Under the pieces are notes generated by a model. That model ran no database searches. It was not told the origin of the DNA and was given only the letters and a program-made list of their open reading frames with translations. From NCBI GenBank assembly GCA_951406725.2, contig OX597814.1, forward strand, positions 106,330,001-106,394,000: DNA of 64,000 bases, written 5' to 3'. The DNA comes from Octopus vulgaris (Eukaryota). The position numbers were made by a program, and so were the translations under genes. Of the stretch, positions 56,249 to 64,000 are shown piece after piece (position 1 is the stretch's first letter; every line of letters starts with the position of its first letter).

Positions 56249-56448
56249 AAGCACTTGTGTTCATATCGCTAGCAGCCGAGAACTATCTGCTACTGCCATC
56301 GGCACAACCAGATCATGTGATTTCGCCCTCCGTGAGGCTTGTCAATAGCAGACATCAGGCTAAAGGAAGGCCGAAATCACATGATCTGCCACTTCCGGCA
56401 GCCGTAACGGACGGTTGTTGCCCATCAGCGATATAAACACAAATGCTT
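56249..56448. repeat. Imperfect fold-back with a decayed HHR on minus (56307-56349)
   Basis: Outer arms 56249-70 and 56427-48; inner arms 56309-31 and 56365-88; gcta-TTGACAA-gcc..ggc-GAAA-tcacatga-TC-tggt. Confidence 0.7.
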
Positions 56449-56540
56449 TTAAGCGTCACAAGTCCATATGAGTCGTTCTCTCATAGTAAATATCACAAGC
56501 GGAAGATAAATACTACCTTTTGGTTTCAATGGTGCTTTTG

Positions 56541-56775
56541 AGGGCGGAGAGCTCCCAGAAACGTTAGCACGCCGGGCGAAATGCTTAGCGGTATTTTGTC
56601 TGCCGCTACGTTCTGAGTTCAAATTCCGCCGATGTCGACTTTGCCTTTCATCCTTTCGGGGTCGATTAAATAAGTACCAGTTTCGCACTGGGGTCGATAT
56701 AATCGTCTTAATTCGTTTCTCTGTCCTTGTTTGTCACCTCCATGTTAAGCCCCCTGTGGGCAATAAAGAAATAAA
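56541..56775 (+). mobile_element. SINE family B monomer
   Basis: Head, body and tail ending caataaagaaata. Confidence 0.85.
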
Positions 56776-56994
56776 TACTGCTTCTGTCGCTAAATAATTT
56801 TCAAGTATAGACATGCAACGTAGGTCGAGAAAGAGGATTGACGAAAACAAGAGAGAAGAGGAAGTAGAATATAAAAGTGAGAAAAAGAGTGGAGAGGAAG
56901 AAATTGTAGGAATAAAGACGGCGGGAAATAACACCACCAAAAATGTTGGCGATGGTGTATTTAGTATAGAATGAATGCATTCAAATAGTTGTCT

Positions 56995-57178
56995 TTTGTT
57001 TCAGTCATTAAACGGCGGCCATGCTTGGGCACCGCCTTGGAGTATTTTTGCTGACATATTTTTATTGTAAAGCTAGTACTTATTCTATCGGGCTTATTTG
57101 CCAAACTGCTAAGTTACGGGAACGTAAATACACCAACACCAGTTATTAGGCAGTGATGAGACACACACACACACACTT

Positions 57179-57221
<43 letters not shown>

Positions 57222-57790
57222 TATACATATAGAAATAATTAAGATTCAGTTGAATTAGGTACTTAAGTTGAGGTTCCAAGCCAGTTCGGTATAGTTCGCA
57301 CAGCTCCAAGGTGAATAAAAGGCAAATAAGTAACAAAGCTATCCATATATTAGTGCATTACGGCCGTTTCAAGCGGCTCCATTTAATCGATCAATGAAAA
57401 CATTACATCAGTTTGAAATAAACTCCTCTCCTCGGTAGCAGACGGCCATATAGATTTCCAACATAAAGGATAAACCATTATTTTTTAGCAAATTTTTATC
57501 GGTACAAGAGATGTACTGATACATACATACATACATACATACATACATACACACATACATACATACATACATACATACATACATACATACATACATACAT
57601 ACATACATACATACATACATACATACATACATACATACGACGGACGTCTTTCAGTTTCCGTCTACCAAATCCACTTACAAGGCTTTGATCGACCCGAAGC
57701 TATAATGGAAGATATTGGTCCAAAGCGCCACACTGGAACTGAAACAGGAGCCATTAGATTGAAAAACAAGCATCTTACCACACAACCAGG
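56995..57790 (-). mobile_element. Decayed SINE family A pieces (56995-57180 and 57637-57790)
   Basis: Alignment by eye. Confidence 0.6.
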
Positions 57791-58548
57791 TTTGAGTTGT
57801 GTCGATGAAGACGTTAAGATCATGGTCGTTAGGTTAATTTTTTAAAATAATTTTTAAGTGGAATTATCCCCATCTCTAATAAGGATTGCGGTTGAAATGG
57901 TTTGTAGCAGGTGGCTGGACGGAAAAGCAGCGAGAGGCATAATATGGTAATTGTTAAGTTTTATAGGAAATTCTATTAAATTTATTTGTGCTGGTCGAGC
58001 CTCCTTTAACAATTCATATAATAAATTTTCTTGTAATCTAAATTTAAGTGAAAGTTATTCATGTGTTGGTACCTAATCATCTAGTTTATGCTAGTTCTGA
58101 ATTGGTGGATTTGGGATAAATTAATAATTGTAATTAACTTCCATATTAATGTTAATGGGAAAAGTTCTTAACGGTTAGATAGGTCTGCCTAAGTAGATGC
58201 GTGGGTTTACAAATTCAGGATTTAAAGGTGGTCTTGTAAAATTAACCACATAAAATTTTGTTCGAGGGTTGTGATTTATTGTTGCATGTAAACATTAAGT
58301 GTGATGTCTACTTTTGTCTAAGAATAAAATAAACGATTTCAATGGAAATTATACAAATGTAATCAATTGTAATAACGTGTGTACAATACAATATATTATA
58401 GACTAATATAGTATAATGTAATATGTTAGATTATCTGATGTATTATATATCGTTATGTATCAAATAATAATTGTATCACATATGGCAATCTAATGTAATT
58501 ACAATGTTATAAAGATGAATGGTGCGAGAAAAATATAAAGTATGAATG

Positions 58549-58860
58549 TAACTGGTGGCCCGAAATCATTCAAAATTATTCACATATATATGTGTATGCA
58601 TATTTGAATTAAGCTTCCGGCGTATATAACTGGTGGCCCGAAGTCGTACAAAATTATTAACATATATATGTGTATATATATTTGAATTAAACGTATATAA
58701 CTGGTGGCCCGAAGTCGTGCAAAATTATTTACATATAGGTATATATATGTATGCATATTTGAATTAAACTTCCGGCGTATATAACTGGCGGCCCGAAGTC
58801 ATGCAAAATTATTTACATATATATGTGTATGCATATTTTGATTTAACTTCCGGCGTATAG
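58549..58860. repeat. Minisatellite, 4 units of 78/71/84/78 bp
   Basis: Units start taactggYggcccgaa at 58549, 58627, 58698 and 58782. Confidence 0.9.
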
Positions 58861-59374
58861 AACTATCCAATTGTGCTAGTAGAAACACACAAGTATACGC
58901 ATAAACAAATGCAATGGCATGACATGGTAGGCATAAAACGGAAGGGACCATTGCTATTCGACTAATGAATTATCCGTCGTATGGTGGTTCACTTCAGAAG
59001 TATAGTTTTGACATCAGAAAATATGAAATACAGCGGAGATTTCAAAATCCCAAGAGTTAGGGATTTCCAGATCTTCATGGCTTCAAATTGTGAACCCTTT
59101 GTCTCTAGTAGGGATAAATTTTCTTGTTTTAGGCAAGTTGACGCCGCCACTAGAAGCAAAACACCATTTATCTCTTATACTATTTCTGCCTATTTGACTT
59201 CAGCTTCTTCGAAGTCATCATCCCTGTAAATCAGATCATATTTCTGTGAGTGAGCAATGCACGAGAGGAAAGGAACATTATAAAATTTTGAAAACCATTT
59301 CCATCTTACTTGATTTTTGAACCCTTATCCACCGACTAAAATACCTTATTTTGTGTTTTATATAAAATTTTCCG

Positions 59375-59732
59375 TGTAGAAAGTAGCTTGCTTACCAACC
59401 ACATGGTTCCGAGTTCAGTCCCACTGCGTGGCACTTTGGGCAAGTGTCTTCTACTATAGCCTCGGGCCGACCAAAGCCTTGTGAGTGGATTTGGAAGACG
59501 GAAACACATATACATATGTGTGTGTGTGTATATATGTTTGTGTCTCTGTGTTTGTCACTCGCACCATCGCTTGACAACCGATGCTGGTGTGTTTACGTAC
59601 CCGTAACTTAGCAGTTCTGCAAAAGAACCGATAGACTAAGTACTAGGCTCACAAAGAATAAGTCCTCGGGACGATTTGTTCGACTAAAGGAGATGCTCCA
59701 GCATAGCCGCAAGTAAAAGAATAAAAGAATAG
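59375..59732 (+). mobile_element. SINE family A
   Basis: Alignment by eye. Confidence 0.85.
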
Positions 59733-60061
59733 AAAAAATTAGGCTCTAAAAACCGAGGAATGCATTTACATTTTAATGCAAACCAATGTTTTCTATTTCG
59801 ATTCCAACTTCAATTGCGATGTTTCTAAATTTCAACTTTTTCTGGTTCTGGACTTTTTCAGGTTTAATTTAGAAGGCTATCACTTCTGTGTTCGCATATT
59901 TCTCGCTAGTGTGTGTGTGTATGTGTGTGTGCGTGCGTGCATATGTGTGTGTGTGTGTGTGTGATGTGGATGTGTATGTGTATGCGTCTGTGTGTGTATG
60001 TTCAGACAGGTAGATACAGATAGTCAGATAGATAGATAGATAGATAGATAGATATATAGAT

Positions 60062-60164
<103 letters not shown>

Positions 60165-60191
60165 GTGAGAGAGAGAGACAGACAGATAGAT

Positions 60192-61178
60192 ATGTTTCTT
60201 TATTAGCCACACAGGGCTGCACACAGATAGAACAAATTACAAGGTAGAGCTTTTCTTTTGAAGGTTTAAAAAAAAAAAGGAAGGGGGAGTTTCGATCAAA
60301 AGGGATCGTAAAAGGAGAGAAAGAGGACAAAAAAAAGGGGGTTAAAAAAAAGGGGGAGAGGAAAAAAAAAATTTGATCAATAGGGATCGTTATCACAGAA
60401 ATGTCAATATGAAGTGTAAAGGGGAGGACAGGTGAAGTTTACCCGTGGAAAGAAAAGCCTACGGAAAAGACCACGGTAACCTCGGTCAATGGAGTCACAT
60501 GTTATATTTCTTTTTTTTATTTTTGCAAATAAGCAACTCTCTGTTTTCAATTTCTGGGTTCATAGGATCATGCTCAAGGTGGCTTCGTCATTCATACGTG
60601 CCATTCTTGCTACATTCACCCATCTTTTTTTAAAACATTCGCTAGACAAAACTTGCCTCTCTACTCTCACTTTCCTTTTCAAGTGGTACTTGAAGAAGTT
60701 GATGAGAGATTGACCAGAGAGGAAAGTGTTTGTCTCCAATCCTTTCAGACGCGTCCACCAGATACATTATTTCGCCATAGCCACAAGGATGATGAAAATA
60801 GCTCTTCCTTCCCGTTTGAAGGAGGGGGGCGTGACAATATTAACGATAGACTCAGCTGATAAACCGACTCGTCCCACACGTGACAGCAGTTGTTCGACAC
60901 AAGCCCACAGGTCGGAAATTGTTGGACACTGCACGAGTGCGTGCAGAACGGTTTCGTCGCTCTGACCGCATCTCGGGCAGGTCGGCCCCGTGTTTCTCGA
61001 GCCGTGTCTGTAGAGCTTATCCCGAACGGGTAGCGCTTCTCGGTAGCACTGCCAGGCCAGGGATCTCTGGAAGTTGTCCATGGGCCCTGGCCCGAAAGTC
61101 GTCCTGAACAGGCGGGTCAGGTACTCCTCGTCGACGTCCAGGTTCGCCCCGAGCTCGTCGTCGTACCTCCCCTCCACT
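60192..61178 (-). mobile_element. Tx1-like LINE, 5'-truncated (ORF2 C-terminal zinc-binding region plus 3' UTR), embedded in (GATA)n
   Basis: [16 protein letters not shown]...CPRCGQSDETVLHALVQC...W (C-C-H-C, zf-RVT-like); one premature TAA at 60767, frame continues to TGA at 60560-62; AATAAA just before the (TATC)n tail. Confidence 0.85.
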
Positions 61179-61195
61179 AGATAGATAGATAGATG

Positions 61196-61249
<54 letters not shown>

Positions 61250-61262
61250 CAGATAGACAGAC

Positions 61263-61348
<86 letters not shown>

Positions 61349-62325
61349 GTATATAAGCACAGATGACTGACCAGCAGGATTATGATAATATTAAAAGTAC
61401 AGGGTATTCAGAAATATAGACGGGTAGTTAAAAGAATAAAGTGTAGGAGTTCTTGTGAAGGAAGAGTAAACCTTTGGCTGTATTTGTATTATTTTTTTGA
61501 AGTAATAATGGGAAAAAATTATGTAAGACTGGTTTTTATGGCAGCTGGAATAAACAATCGGAGAAGCAGCGAAGAGATGGACAGATCGACTGTTATTTGG
61601 GTAGATTAACAGATCGATTGACGAGACAAATAGATAAGCGAATGACCGTATGAATGAGAAGAGAGAATGAGGCAGAAGACAGAACGATGTAAATATGATG
61701 GAAGATTAGTCATGCGTTGACAGACAGATCTATTTGATTGTTTTCATGTGTGGATGATTAAAGAATGGTCGGATGGGCATGTGATTAGGTAGGGGTAGGG
61801 TTGACAGGTGAATTGTGGAGCGGAATGGTGAATAAATTAACGGAAGGACATGTTTGAACTGCAGTGTCATGGGTTGTATAATTTCTATGCATCGTGGATG
61901 TGATAGGCTGAATATTGGATCACAGCATTCTAAACAAACCAGTCAGCATACTTGAGAAGAATAGGAATAGTTGTTCTGCGCTTTGCCTTTTATGAAAATG
62001 TCAACTGAAAAAGTAAACAGACACGAAAAAACATGGTAAAAAAATGGTAGAAACAGAATGGTAAGGACGAAAGAAAGAAATGGAAGATAGGGGTGGAATA
62101 AGGACAAAAGAGAATGGGTAAGGCAGAATTGGTACACAGAAAAAAGAAATGAAAATCCGAATGGAGAGGACAAAAAAATAAAATAAAGTAAATTAGAAAA
62201 TTTAAAAGAAATATACTTAAATAAATAAAAATATAATTGCTATACTTTATTATATTTAAAACATAATGGCTTCTTGGAAAATATTAAGACAACAACAACA
62301 ACAATAATGCTAATAATTCTTTCTT

Positions 62326-62399
<74 letters not shown>

Positions 62400-63020
62400 C
62401 AACAACAACAACAACAATAATAATAATAATGATAATAAATAAGAGGAGAGTGAAAGGTGAAAGAGAGGCAGATGAGGAGTGAGAAAACAGAAATATGCTT
62501 TAATAGCTGCCATATTGCATTTTGCATTATGTTGTATAGATTTATTTCTTTTATGCATTATATAGTGTTGCTTGTTTTACTGAATAGAATATATGGGGGT
62601 AGCAGAATTAATTAATTAATCACAGTAATTAAATGATTATTTTGTGTAGTAAAAGAAACAACTAGTATATATATATAAATACATACATACATATATACAT
62701 CCAAATATATATAATATAATATATATATATATATGAAATTATTCGAATAGACGTTCCTTGCGTGTGTGTGTGTGTGTGAGTGTTTACATTAAGACAGAAT
62801 GAATTCGTGTCCTGGTGCTCTTTGGCAAATACTTTTGCCAGTTATAACAATTATTATGAAATGCTTATTTTTATTTGTATTTCATTTTATTATATTTTCC
62901 TATTTTCAAAATTTGTTTATTAAAATCAGGTTGCCAAATTATTTATTCTGGGTATAAAGTAATTAGAATAGGTTACAATTTGTATTGGGGGGAGAGAAAG
63001 AGTGAGGAGAGAGAGGGGGA

Positions 63021-63079
<59 letters not shown>

Positions 63080-64000
63080 GAATTGAAGAAAAATTGAAAG
63101 ATCTCCAGTTTGGAGTAGAAACGAACGTGCCATTGAGACCAATTAAAAACTAAATAAATGAATGGGTTTAATTAATTATTTCATTATAATAACCTACAAC
63201 GGATTTCTTACCACAACCATTTCGGTTAGAACCCACCTGCACTGAAACAGGAGAAAACGAGGGAACTAGTAATAGATTGAATTTAGGAAAAAGTAATCTT
63301 AGGAAATTGAAATAGGGTAGTAAATTAGAAAAAAAAACAAGCTTAACATTTTGAGCAAAACCTCTTCATCGAAGAGAGATACAGAAATGGGTACTGTTAA
63401 AGGGTTTGGAGCAGAAAGTCTTCATCAAAACAACAGATGTATAGTTAGTGATGAAGAGTCTTGTCTGAAATGTTAGACATACTTTATCCTTCCGGCAATA
63501 AACTTGATTTTTTCTGCGTGAAATGCTTGTTTTAATATTGTAGCTATGGAAAGAAAAAAGTACCATAGTCGCTACCAACTCTGATATTATTACAACTGCC
63601 ACTGCTGCTGCTGCAACACTAGGCTTTTGATCTTAATTGATTAAAAGTGTTAACATCTACATGTTTTGCCTTAGTGTAAAAGACAGGCTACAGTAAATAT
63701 TCTGCTGAATACCACAGATTTGCTTGTCAGTTGTTTGACCATAACCAGTTGAGCATGTCCTTTAGTGGCTGACGATATGTGCATCTCTGATTACGAGCTG
63801 GAGTAGTGAGGGAGCATCATAGCCATGTGTTTAGAGGTAATTTATAGGTAACCTTTGGGGTTTCAACGATTCATTCATAGAAACATGGATGTGTCGTGTA
63901 TTATCTTTAAACAGTACATATTCAAGGACCTTTTGAGTGGGGTGAGCTACTTAACCTGAAAAAAAAGATTCTAACTGAACCCCACCTACAAGCATATACG

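Noticed and set aside
58981-59240. Complex sequence with a short ORF, possibly a transposase or exon remnant
   Set aside because: Stops in all minus frames and no recognisable motif in the plus ORF.
63615-64000. Complex sequence that may be an interspersed repeat UTR
   Set aside because: Single copy in the window, cut by the edge, with no diagnostic motif.

Overview
AT-rich, microsatellite-saturated, repeat-dominated eukaryotic intergenic or intronic DNA. The SINE families look like those of Octopus (recognised from memory, not searched). I can support no intact host protein-coding gene; nearly all ORF-track entries are translated (TA)n/(CA)n/(GATA)n/(TATG)n/trinucleotide tracts. Recognisable content: about 30 tRNA-derived SINE copies of at least 4 families (my labels A-D); decayed non-LTR retrotransposon pieces (Penelope-like GIY-YIG, R4/Dong-like and HERO-like RLE, RTE, and two Tx1-like copies sitting in (GATA)n); a Tc1/mariner end; a hAT-like MITE; and a Helitron-like element. 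The most striking hidden structure is about 10 minimal type-I hammerhead ribozyme (HHR) motifs, from intact to decayed, in several unrelated short non-coding families. Most are paired with an inverted partial copy of themselves and many are anchored in (TA)n, which is the signature of Penelope-like retrotransposition. One of these families carries a tRNA-like Pol III head fused to an HHR tail. All alignments and folds were done by eye; repeat boundaries are approximate (about +/-10 bp).
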